Positions 51,110 through 62,290 of a stretch of 64,000 bases of DNA are shown here, piece after piece. The notes beneath the pieces were generated by a model. The model was not told the origin of the DNA and searched no databases. It saw only the letters and a list, made by a program, of their open reading frames with translations. The stretch's first letter is position 1, and each line of letters begins with the position of its first letter. The position numbers and the translations under genes were made by a program. The stretch is from Hypanus sabinus. Lineage: Eukaryota. Location: contig NC_082707.1 in NCBI RefSeq assembly GCF_030144855.1, positions 39,122,001 to 39,186,000 on the forward strand, given 5' to 3'.

Positions 51110-53095
51110 TTTTCAGAGTTGGACTACGCCCAATCAATAAATGGGATTCATTAGCAAGGGTGAATTAAGAGATGTCAAAGCCAACATAAAAACCAAAGAG
51201 TGGGCATATAATAGAGTGAAAATTAGTGGGAAGTTAGAAGATTGGGAAGCTTTTAGAAAGCAATAGAAGATAAAGATAATATTAAAGAGGATACCAAAAG
51301 TTTCTTCAGATACATAAAGTGTAAAAAAGAGGTGAGAGTGGATATTAGATCACTAGAAAATTATGCTGGAAAGGTAGTAATGGGGGACAATGAAATGGCA
51401 GATGAATTTAAATATTTTGCATCAGCCTTCACTGTGGAAGACATTCCCAGTGTGGTGGAAGTTCCAGGGGGTCAGGGGTCATGAAGTGTGTGAAGTTGCC
51501 ATAACCAGAGAGAAGGTTCTTTGGAAATTAAAAGGTCTGAAGGTTGATAAGTCACCTGGACCAGATGATGTACATGCCAGAGTTCTAAAAGAGGTGGCTG
51601 AAGAAATTGTGGTGGCATTAGTAATGATCTTTCAAGAATCACTAGATTCTGGAATGGTTCCAGAAGACCGGAACATTGCAAATGTCACTCCATTCTTTGA
51701 CAAGGAATAGAGACAGAAGAAAGGAAGCTATAGGCCAGTTTGTATGACCTCAATGGTTGGAAAGTTGTTAGAGTTGATTATTAAGGATGATGCCTCAGGG
51801 TACCAGGAGTAACATGATAAAATAGGCTGTAGTCTGCATGGTTTCTTCAAGGGAATATCTTGCCTGACAAATCTGTTGGAATTCTTTGAAGAAGTAACAA
51901 AGGAGAAATGGTTGATGTTGTGTGCTTGGATTTTCAGAATGCCTTTAACAAGATGCCACGCATGAGGCTGCTTAACAAGGTTGGAGCCTATTGTATTACA
52001 GGAAAGATTCTAACTTGGATAAAGCAGAGGCTGATTGGCAGGAGTCAAAGAGAGGGAATAAAGGGAGCCTCTTCTGATTAGCTGCCAGTGACTAGTGGTG
52101 TTCCATGTGGGACTGTGTTGGGACCGATCCTTTTTATGTTATATGTCAATGATATGAATGATGGAATTAATGGCTTTGTTGCAAAGTTTGCAGATGATAT
52201 GAAATAGATGAGGGGCAAGTGATTTTGAAGAAGTAGAGAAGCTACAGAAGGACTTAGACAGATTGGGAGAATGGAAAAAGAAGTGGCAGATGGAATATAG
52301 TGTCAGGTAGTGTATGGTCATGTACTTCAGTAAAAAAATATGTGCAGACTCTTTTCAAAATGGAGAAAAAAATTCAAAAATCTGAAGTGCAAATGGACTT
52401 GGGAGTCCTCGTACAGAATTCCCTAAAGGTTAATTTGCAGGTTGTGTCGGGGTGAGGAAGGCAGTTGCTCAGTATTCTAGTATTCATTTTGAGAGAACTA
52501 TAGTATAAAAGCAAGGAAGTAATGTTAAGGCTTTATAAAGCACCGGTGAAGCATCACTTGGAGTATTGTGAGCAATTTTTGACTCTTTATCTAAGAAAGG
52601 ATGGGTTGACATTGAAGAGAGTTCAAAAGAGGTTCACAAAAGTGATTCTGGGACTGAAAGGATTGTCAGAAGAGGAATATTAGATGGCTCTGGTCTTGTA
52701 CTCACTGAAATTCGGAAGAATGAGGAGGGATCTCATTGAAATTTATCAAATATTCAAAAGCCTCAACAGAGTGGATGTGGAGAGGATGCTTCCTTTGGTG
52801 GGAGAGTCTAAGACCAGAGAACACAGCCTCAGAATAGAGGGACATCCACTTAGAATGGAGAAAAGGAGGAATTACTTTAGCCAGAGTTGTGAACCTGTGG
52901 AATTTCTTGCCACTGGGAGCTGTGGAGGCCAAGTCTTTATGTACGTTTAAGGCAGAGGGTGATAGATTCTAGAATAATCAGGGCATGAAGGAGAAGGCTG
53001 AGATTGGAGCTGAGAATGAAATGGATCAGCCATGATGAAATGGTGGAGCAGGCTCAATGGGCCAATTGACCAGCTCCTATATCTTATGGTCTTAT
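51110..53095 (+). mobile_element. Degraded CR1 LINE ORF2
   Basis: DKSPGPDDVHARVLKEVAEE, KFADD; tail TCTTATGGTCTTAT. Confidence 0.9.
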
Positions 53096-53169
53096 CGTCT
53101 CATCTCTGGTATATGTGGGTTCTTCAATGTTGTAAAAACCATGCCACTGCTCAACTGAGAGCCAAGAAC

Positions 53170-53870
53170 AAAGCTCAAAGTTCAAAGTGGATTTGTTAAC
53201 AAAGTTAACACGAGGAAATCTGCAGATGCTGGAAATTTAAGCAACACACACAAACTGCTGGTGGAATGCAGCAGGCCGAGCAGCATCTATAGGGAGAAGC
53301 ACTGTTGATGTTTTGGGCTGAGACCCTTTATCAGGGTCCGAAACATCGACAGTGCTTCTCCCTATAGATGCTGCCTGGCCTGCTGCGTTCCACCAGCATT
53401 TTGTGTGTGTTGCTTATTAGCAAAGTTCATATATTTCACCATATATAACCCTGAGACTCATTTTCTTGGGCATGCTCAATAAATTCTTAATAGAATAGCG
53501 ACCATAATAAAATCAAAGAAGACCACACCCAGCAAAGCAGACAAACAACCAAGGTACAAAAGAGAACAAACTGAAAAAACAAAAAAGTAATAATAATAAT
53601 AAATAAATCAGCAATAAATATCAAGCATATGAGATAAAGAGTCTTTGAAAGTGATGTCATAGGTTATGAGAACATTTCAATGACGGGGCAAGTAGAGTTG
53701 AATAAATTACCCCTTCTGGTTCAAGACCCTGATGACTGAGGAGTAATAACTGTTCCTGAACCTGGTGGTATGAGTCCCAAGACTCTTGTTCCTTCTTCCT
53801 GATGGCAGCAGTGAGAAGACAGCATTTCCTGGGTAGTGAGAGTCCCTGATGGTGGACAAAGGTGATCTAA
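53170..53870 (-). mobile_element. Rex1/Babar-type 3' end (same family as 18305-18580)
   Basis: FSLLPSGRRNKSLGTHTTRFRNSYY; (AAGTTCA)n tail. Confidence 0.75.
53207..53415. mobile_element. Fold-back Penelope-derived mini-element
   Basis: Inverted arms of about 78 bp (53239-53317 / 53338-53415); imperfect TSD TTAACAAAGTT / TTAGCAAAGTT. Confidence 0.85.
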
Positions 53871-53897
53871 TCAAGGCAGCAAGATGCATACAAAGTA

Positions 53898-54799
53898 CAG
53901 GTTGAGTAACCCTTGTCCAAAATGCACGTGGTTGATAGTGTATTACATTTTGGATTTTTCTGGGTTTTGGAGAATATAATGAGATTGTGCAGGACTGCTG
54001 TAATTTTCATCCCTGAATTTATGTGCTTCAGGTAAGCAGTCTTTGTCTTACACTTGTTCATCACAAATATGTACTTAACAGTAAAACTTATTACATACCA
54101 TTTATATAATATGTGCAGTGTAACAAAAGCAGCATTGGGAGAATACCCGATTCAACTGCTGAGCAACTGCAGACAACCCAGATTTTCAGCGTCCAGCCAC
54201 AATGCCAAGTTTTGATTAAAAGGTTACAGCACACTGTATTTGTATTTTACTTTTTTTAACTTTCAGGTATTAAAACAATCCATATTGTAGACTTGTTCTG
54301 GTGTTAGTTTTTCATCAGCAGCGCTTTAAAAGTGTATCGTAATTACATAAGATACAAAAATAATCAACATCATATATGTGTTCTGGTGCTAGATTTTCGT
54401 GATCAGCATACACATTAAAAATTTAATGCTATGCCTTTTCTTAAATTTCTGCAACCAGCCTGTTGAATATTCACAATCACCTTCAAATTTCAGTTTGTTG
54501 TGATACATCTTGCCTTGTTTCACAATCAGCACACCTTTAAGCAGCATACATTCACTCCAACACTGACAATACACGATCAAGATCTTCATTCTTTGCTTTA
54601 TGATGTGTTTTTCTATTTTTCCTTAACTTCCATTCATTACATATGTATGTGAGGTCATTTCTCAGAACCACCTGTGTTGTCCAGAGACCTGCGCATGGGC
54701 TGGGAACCTTCCCAGGGTCTTGTGGAATTTTCCATGGTAACATGCCAGTGGTCAAAAACAACGCGGTCTTTGGATTTTGGATAAGGAGTACTCAACCTG
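53898..54799 (-). mobile_element. Tigger/pogo-type non-autonomous DNA transposon
   Basis: TIRs CAGGTTGAGTAACCCTTGTCCAAAAT / ATTTTGGATAAGGAGTACTCAACCTG; TA TSD on both sides; CENP-B-type HTH remnant YSTGWLQKFKKRHSI. Confidence 0.92.
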
Positions 54800-54804
54800 T
54801 AATA

Positions 54805-55280
54805 GAGACAATCGGCAGATCAGGCAGCATCTCTGGAGAGTACTAACCCGTCAACTTTTCAGACCAAGACCCTTCATCAAGACAAGAAAGAAACTAATAG
54901 CAGAAGATGAGGAGAGGGAAAGAGTACAAGCTGATACATCATAGGCGAAACCAGCTGAGGGGGAAGATAGGTGGGTGGGCGAGAGGACAGGAAGTAGGAA
55001 GTTGGGATATGATAGGTGGAAGAGGTAAAGGGCTGAAGAAGAATGTGCCTGATTGAAGAAGATAGTGGACCCAAGGAGAAATGGGAGGAGGAGGGGCACT
55101 AGAGGGAAAAGATGGGCAGGTGAGGAATAGTGAAGAGGGAAGCCAGAATGGGGAATGGAAAAAAAAAAGAAAAGGGAGAAGGGCAAGACTTTGAATATTT
55201 CCTGAACTGTCACTTTGTCCTTGTGAGACTTCCCTTGATTCTATCTCACAGCAGTGTCCTCGATCCAGATTTGCGTCCAC
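54805..55280 (-). mobile_element. Penelope-like 3' fragment
   Basis: GGCAGCATCT...GACCCTTCATCAAGAC followed by a purine-rich tract, as at 14003. Confidence 0.7.
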
Positions 55281-55499
55281 TCCTGAATGGTTTATTGTTG
55301 CTGAAATGTGTTGTTTTGCAGCAGAAATATAGTGCAATACATAAATAATTACTATAAGTCACAAGGCAAAATATAAAAAATCAATATGTGGTGCAAAAAG
55401 AAAACAAAATTGTAAGTTAGTGTTCATGGGTTCAGAGCGTTCAGAAATCTGATCGTGGAGGGGAAGAAGCTGTTCCAAAAATGTTGAGGGTGTGACTTG

Positions 55500-56345
55500 A
55501 TAGGAATCTCCTTTGCCCAAGAATGAAAATCCCCAGCTTGCTTAACCTGTCCTTATGTCATATTCTCTAATCGAGGCAACATCCTCTGCACTCTCTCGAA
55601 AGTTTCAACATTCCTTCTATAATGAGCTGGCCTGAAATGAACACAACAGTCCAAGTGTGGTCTAAGCAGTTTTATAGAGCTGCAACATTACCTCATGGCT
55701 CCTGACTTCAATTCCCCGATCAATGAAGGCCAACAAACCATACACCTTCTACACACTATAAATTTGCGCAGCAATTTTGAGGGTTCTATGGAGATAGACC
55801 CCAAGATCCCTCTGTTCCTCCATACTGTTAAGAATCATGCTATTAATCCTGTAGTCTACCTTCAAATTTGACCTTCCAAAGTGAATTATTCACACTTTTC
55901 CTGATTGAACTTCATCTGCCACTTCTCAGCCCTGCTCAGCATCCTACCAATGTCCTGTCATAACCGATAAAAAGACCATTAGATACAGGAGCAGAATTAG
56001 CCATTTGGCCCATCGAGTCTATTCTGCCATTTCATCATGGTGGATCCAACTTCCAGCCGCAATCTTCTGCCTTCTCCCTGTATCCCTTCATATCCTGACC
56101 AATCACGAATCGATCAACTTTTGCCATAAACATACATAAAGACTTGGCCTCCACAGCTGCCTGTGACAAAGAATTCCACAGATTCACCACTCTCACCCTA
56201 AAGAATTTCCTCTCACCCTAAAGAATTTCCTCCTCCATTCTAAAAGAACGCCTCTCTATTCTAAGGCTGTGTCCTCTGGTCTTAGACTCTCCCACCATAG
56301 GAAACATCCTCTCCACATCCACTCTATCAGAGGTCTTTCAACATT
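55500..56345 (-). mobile_element. Two nested CR1 3' fragments
   Basis: CR1 ORF2 remnants; second tail at about 55972. Confidence 0.8.
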
Positions 56346-56349
56346 TGAT

Positions 56350-56910
56350 TGGCTTCTCGCCAGAGAAAGCGTGATCTCCCAGTGGCCACACATTTTAATT
56401 CCACGTCCCATTCCCATTCTGATATGTCTATCCATGGCCTCCTCTACTGTCAATATGAACCCACGCTCAGGTTGGAGGAATAAGACCTGATATTCTGTCT
56501 GGGTAGCCTCCAACCTGATGGCATGAACATTGATTTCTCTAATTTCCATTAATGCTCCTCCTTCCCTTCTTACCCCATCCCTTATTTATTTATTTATTCC
56601 CCCCCCCCTTTTTTTTCTCCCTCTGCCCCTCTCACAATCACTTCTTGCCTGTTCTCCATTTCCCTCTGGTGCTCCCCTCCCACTTTCTTTCTCCCTAGGC
56701 CTCCCGTCCCATGATCCTTTCCCTTTCGCATTTCCCCCCTCCCACTTTCAAATCTCTTACTATCTTTTCTTTCAGTTAGTCCTGATGAAGGGTCTCGGCC
56801 CGAAACGTCAACTGTACTTCTTCCTATAGATGCTGCCTGGCCTGCTGTGTTCCACCAGCATTTTGTGTGTGCTGCTTGAGTTTCCAGCATCTGCAGATTT
56901 CCTCATGATT
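56350..56910 (+). mobile_element. Penelope-like element 3' end (C-terminus of the GIY-YIG endonuclease region plus pLTR)
   Basis: Translates as DLPVATHFNSTSHSHSDMSIHGLLYC...RLEE*DLIFCLGSLQPDGMNIDFSNF; pyrimidine tract; hammerhead core; terminal CCAGCATCTGCAGATTT. Confidence 0.88.
56773..56814 (+). ncRNA. Minimal type I hammerhead ribozyme motif (Penelope-associated)
   Basis: AGTC-CUGAUGA-A-GGG-UCUCGG-CCC-GAAAC-GUC-AACU: intact core, loop-less palindromic stem III (ACGU), predicted cleavage after C56809; one mismatch at the base of stem I. Confidence 0.75.
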
Positions 56911-56949
56911 GCATTTTTAAATCTTTTTTACGCTTGATTTGATGTTGCC

Positions 56950-58265
56950 AACACTGAGCCCTGAGGAGAGCCACTGATGTGACCGGCACCTTGGTCATCT
57001 CTGAGGCTGTAGTACGCAGGTGTTTCCAACGAGTGGACAGCCACAAGGCTGCAGGACTGGACTGCATCCCAGGGCAGGTACTCAGGATGAATGTGTTTGC
57101 AAACATTTTTAATCTCTCCCTCTTCAAGTGTAGAGTGCCCTCCTGCTTGAAAACATCCACCATTGTTCCTGTACCTAAGAAGACTAAGGTAACATGTCTG
57201 ACCGACTGGCATCCTGTCATACTCACCTCAATAATAAGTAAATGCTTTGAGAGGCTGATGAAGTATTACATCTGCAGCTTGCTACCAGCCAGACTGGACC
57301 CCCTACAATTCGCCTACCAACACAACTGATCAGCAGACGATGCAATAGCCACTGGTCTACACACCGTCCTTACACATCTGGAGAAGAAGGATTCTTATGT
57401 GAGAATGCTGTTCTGGGACTGCAGTTCAGCATTCAACACCATAATTCCCTCAAGGCTTGACAAGAAGCTCAGAGACCTCGGCCTTCACCCTTCCTTGTGC
57501 AGCTGGATCCTAGATTTCCTGTCAGATAACTGGCAGGAAGTAATAGTAGGCTCCCTCACCTCTGCTCCTCTGACCCTCAACATAGGAGCTGGTTATGAAC
57601 AACAGGAGGAATGGAGACAGGCTAACCCCTATCAATGGATCTGGGGTTGAGAGGGTGAACAGCTTTAAGTTCCTCAGCATGTGTGGTGAAAAAAGCACAA
57701 CAGCGCCTCTTTCACCTCAGACAGTTGAAGAAGTTTTGTATGGGTCCCCAAATCGTAAGAACTTTCTACAGGGGCACAATTGAGAGCATCCTGACTGGCT
57801 GCATCACTGCCTGGTATGGGAACTGTACCTCCCTCAATTGCAGGATTCTGCAGAGAGTGGTGCGGACAGCCCAGCGCAACTGTGGATGTGAACTTCCCAT
57901 GATTCAGGACATTTACAGTGACAGGTGCATAAAAGGGATTCAAAGTATTACTGGGGACCCAAGTCACCTCAACAATGAACTGTTCCAGCTGCTACCATCC
58001 AGGAAACCGTACCATAGTGTAAAAGCCAGGACCAACAGGCTCCAGGACAGCTTCTTCCACCGGGCCATTAAGCTGATTAATTCACGCTGATACAATTGTA
58101 TTTCTAAGCTATATTGACTGTTCTGTTGTATACCTTACTGTACACACTATTTATTACAAATTACTATAATTTCCACATTGCACATTTAGATGGAGATGTA
58201 ATGTAAAGATTTTTACTCCTCATGTACTGGAAGCATGTAAATAAAGACAATTCAATTCAATTCAA
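56950..58265 (+). mobile_element. Rex1/Babar-type LINE, 5'-truncated with internal deletions
   Basis: [44 protein letters not shown]; (AATTC)n tail. Confidence 0.9.
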
Positions 58266-58269
58266 CTTC

Positions 58270-59690
58270 CTCCACAACCTCTCCACTAACTGTTCTGGCA
58301 CTCTGGTTCCCATCCCCCTACAACTTTAGTTTAAACCCCACCATGCAGCATTAACAAACCTTCCCACTAGGATATTAGTCCCCCTCTAGATCAGGTGCAA
58401 ACTATCCCTTCTAACAAAAAGGTCCCACCTTTCCTGGAAGAGATCCAATGATCTAAAAATCTTATGCCCTCCCTCCTACACCAACTCCTTAGTCAACTAC
58501 TGAACTGTATAATCTTCCCAGTTTCTGGTCTCACTAGCACATGGCTTGGGTAGCAATCCTGAGATCACAACCCTGGAAGTCCTGCCCTTTAACTTGGCAT
58601 CTAACTCCCTGAACTCCCGATGCAGAACCTTGTCACTCATCCTACCCATTCATTGGCACCTGCATGGACCACGACTTCTAATTGTTGCTGAGGACTCATT
58701 CCAAGATATACCTTAAATCCTGGCACCCAGGAGGCAACATACCATCCAGGAATCAACGTCTCAACCTCATAACCTTTGTCTGTTGCCCTAACTAACAAAT
58801 CCCCTATCACCACAGCATGCCTCTTCTTTCCTCTTCCCGTCTGAGTCACAGAGGCAGACTCAGTGCCAGAGACCTGTGACACTGTTCGGTCACCTCCCCG
58901 ATAGTAACCAAAGTTGTTGAGGGGGATGGTCACAAAGGAACTCCTTAACCCCTTTCCCCTTCCTGACTGTCACAGTTTTCTGTGCTTGTACCTTGGGTAT
59001 AACTACTTCTCCATATGTCCTATCTACCATCTTCTCAGCTTCCCAAATGATCCAGAGTTCATCCAGTTCCGGCTCCAACTCCTTAACAGAAACAAGAGAA
59101 AACCTGCAGATGCTGGAAATCCAAGTAACACACACAAAATGCTGGAGGAACTCAGCAGGCCAGGCAGCATCTATGGAAAAAAGTACAGTCTACGTTTCAG
59201 GCCAAGACCCTTCAGCATTCTGTGTGTGTCACTCCAACTCCTTAACACAGTTTATTAGATGCTGCAGATGGATGCACTTCTCATAGATGTAGTCGTCAGG
59301 GACACTAGAGGTCTCCCTGCCTTCCCACATCCCACAAGAGGAGCATTTCACCATCCTGCCGGGCATCTCTACTGTCTTAGCTGAGCAAATATAATGAAGG
59401 GAAGGAAAAAACTTGAGCTTTTCTTTCCTTTGCTTTCTCTGACTGAAGCTTCTCTTTGCTGAAGCCTCGAAGAGCTAAAGACTCAAGATCACCACTCTGA
59501 CTCTGCCCACTCAGACAACAGCTGCTGTAATAATGGTCACTGCACTTGCCTCTGCCTTCCTTTAATTGGCTCTTACTAATCAATTCCCAAACACTAATTG
59601 GTCAAAGCTCTTTTACATTGCAGTAATCCACTGCTGCCTTTTATCCTCTTGCAGTGGACCTGATTGAAATCCCCTCCTCTTCAAACTTCC
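58270..59690 (-). mobile_element. CR1 5' region (ORF1)
   Basis: ELEPELDELWII, AVVIGD, VVVHAGAN; homologous to 28100-29050. Confidence 0.85.
59089..59231 (-). mobile_element. Penelope-derived mini-insertion with a perfect 16-bp TSD
   Basis: TSD CTCCAACTCCTTAACA (59073-59088, 59232-59247); one full arm plus a short inverted stub. Confidence 0.9.
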
Positions 59691-59699
59691 AATGATTGG

Positions 59700-62290
59700 C
59701 ACTGGTCAAAGTTCTAAACTATCCACAACACAACAACTTTGATGTGACATGCAAACTTACAAACCCTCCCTCTACTTCCTCATCCAGGTCATCTATGGAA
59801 ATCACGAAGATTAGGAATCCCAGAACAGATCTCTACAGAACACCACTGGTCACTGTATTTTGCAAAGCAGAATACATTCCATCTACCTCCACCTTCTGTG
59901 GGCAAGCCAATTCTCAATCCAGTACCAGAGGACATGGATTGAGAATAAGAGGTCAGTTATTTAAAACAGAGTTGAGGAAGAGCTTCTTCTCCCAGAGAGT
60001 TGTGGAGGTGTGGAATGCACTGCCTTGGAAGATGGTGGAGGCCAATTCTCTGGATGCTTTCAAGAAGGAGCTAGATAGATATCTGATGGATAGGGGAATC
60101 AAGGGATATGGGGACAAGGCAGGGACTGGGTATTGATAGTGAATGATCAGCCATGATCTCAGAATGGCGGTGCAGACTCGAGGGGCCGAATGGTCTACTT
60201 CTGCACCTATTGTCTATTGTCTATTGTCTAATCCAGGTAGCCAAATTTCTCTGGATCCTATACCTCTTGACTTTCTGAATGAGCCACCACGGGGGACCAT
60301 AAGACCATAACCAAATGCCAGATGCCTTTCTAAAATCCATATTCACCTCGTCTATTGTTCTATCTGCTTCAATTTGTTTTGTCACTTCCTCAAGGAATTC
60401 AATCAGTCTCATGAGAAATGACCTGCCCCTAACAAAGCCATACTGACTATTCCTAATCACACAATGCTTCCCCAAGTGCTCATAAATCCTGTCTCTTGGA
60501 ATTACCCACCACTGACATAAGACTCACTGTTCATTAATTCCCAGCATTACTCCTTTTATAATTCTTGAACAAAGGGATGACATTTGACACCCTCTAATCT
60601 TTTGGTACTCTTCCTGTGACCAGTGAGGACACAAAGATCATTTCCCTTACTTCCCATAGTAAATTGGATTGTACTCCATTCAGCTCCAGGGACTTGTCCA
60701 GCCGAATGATTTTACATTTCCAGCACATCCACCTTCTTAGTTTTGACATACTCCAGCATAGTTTCCAGGGAACGTGCTAAGATAGTAGCGCAATATTAAT
60801 ATGCAACAGCCTCTCCAGACTCTGGATTTGGGGATTGCCAAATGTTATGCGGATTTTCTGGTGTAGTCTGGTTTGCCGTGTGCTTTTGTGATATAATTCT
60901 GGAGGAAAGTTGTTTCATTTTTTTAACTGCATTGCAGTTGTGGTTTCTAAATGACAATAAACCAAAATTCAATTCAATAACAGCCTGTTTTATGTTGTCC
61001 TCACAAACATCAAGGTCCTTCTCACTGGTGAATACTAAAGCAAGAGATTCACTAAGAACCTTCCCTACCTCTTCTGACTCCAGGCACATGTTTCTTCTTT
61101 TATCCCTAATGGATCCTAGACTCACTGTAGTCATCTTCCTGTGCTTCATGTATGTGTAGATCTTCTTGTGGCTTTCTTTATATATTGTGTCTATATATTG
61201 TGTCAGAAATTCTATTGTGTTAGGACACACCTAACAAATTCTGCCCCATCTGAAACTTTTACCCTAAGGAGGTGCCTGACAATATTGAGATAACAATCCT
61301 GTGATTTTTGCACCTTTCCAAAATCTTCCCTTCCTGTTTTTGACATCCACCCGTACTGACGCAATGCTCAATCCCTCCAGGGTGTCCTCCCTTTCTGCAG
61401 CTGTGATTCTATCCCAGTTAGAAATCCCCCTCCCTCACATCTTTACCATTTTTCCTGTCCCTTTTGAAACAACTAAATCTCAGAACATCCAGCAGCCATC
61501 CCTGGCATTGCGATAGCCAAGTCTCTGTAATGGTCACAACGTCATAGTTCCATGTACTGACCCATGCGCTAAGTTCATCACCTTTGTTCCTGCATTAAAA
61601 TAGAGACACTTTAACCTATTCAACAGACTGCATTTATGCCCTATCAATTACCTATCCTTCCTCACAGTCTCTCTACATATTACAACTACCTGTACACCAT
61701 TTGCCTATCCTCTGACCTATCGTTCTAGTTCCATCTCACAGCCAAATTAATTTAACCCCCCCCCCCCAACAGCTCTAGCAAACCTACCTGCAAGGATATT
61801 GGTCCCTTTCAAGTTCCGGAGTATCCCATCCCTTTTTATACAGGTCATACTTTCCCCAGAAGAGATCCCAATGACCCACAGATCTGCAACAGTGCCTCCT
61901 GCACCATTTCTTCAGCCATGCATCCAACTACCATATCATCCTATTTTTACCCTTCCTGGCAAGTGGCACAGGCAGAAGTCCAGAGATTACTACCCTTGAT
62001 GTGCTGCTTTTCAGCTTTCTACCTAGTTCTCTATACTTTCTCCTCAGGACCTCACAGTTTTTCCTTTCTATGTCATTGGTACCAAAATGTACCATGACTT
62101 CTGACTGCTCACCCTCCCCTTAAGAATGCTACAGATCTGATCTGAGATGTCCCTGACCCTGATACCAGGAGACAACATACCACCTGAAAGTCTCTGTTAT
62201 GTCCACAGAATTTCCTGCTTGCTCCTCAAATTATTGAATCCCCTGTCACCATTGCTCTCCTCAACTCCTCCTGCCCTTCTGTGTCATTGA
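59700..62290 (-). mobile_element. Old degraded CR1 (ORF1 to RT), interrupted by 59923-60229
   Basis: QYGFVRGRS, IRDKRRNMCLES and ORF1 esterase remnants. Confidence 0.8.
59923..60229 (+). mobile_element. Young, short CR1 3' insertion
   Basis: TRGHGLRI...FFSQRVVEVWNALP; (CTATTGT)3 tail; TSD AATCCAG. Confidence 0.88.

Noticed and set aside
54389-54761. Jerky/TIGD host gene
   Set aside because: Only an HTH fragment within a TIR- and TA-bounded 0.9-kb element; no DDE domain.
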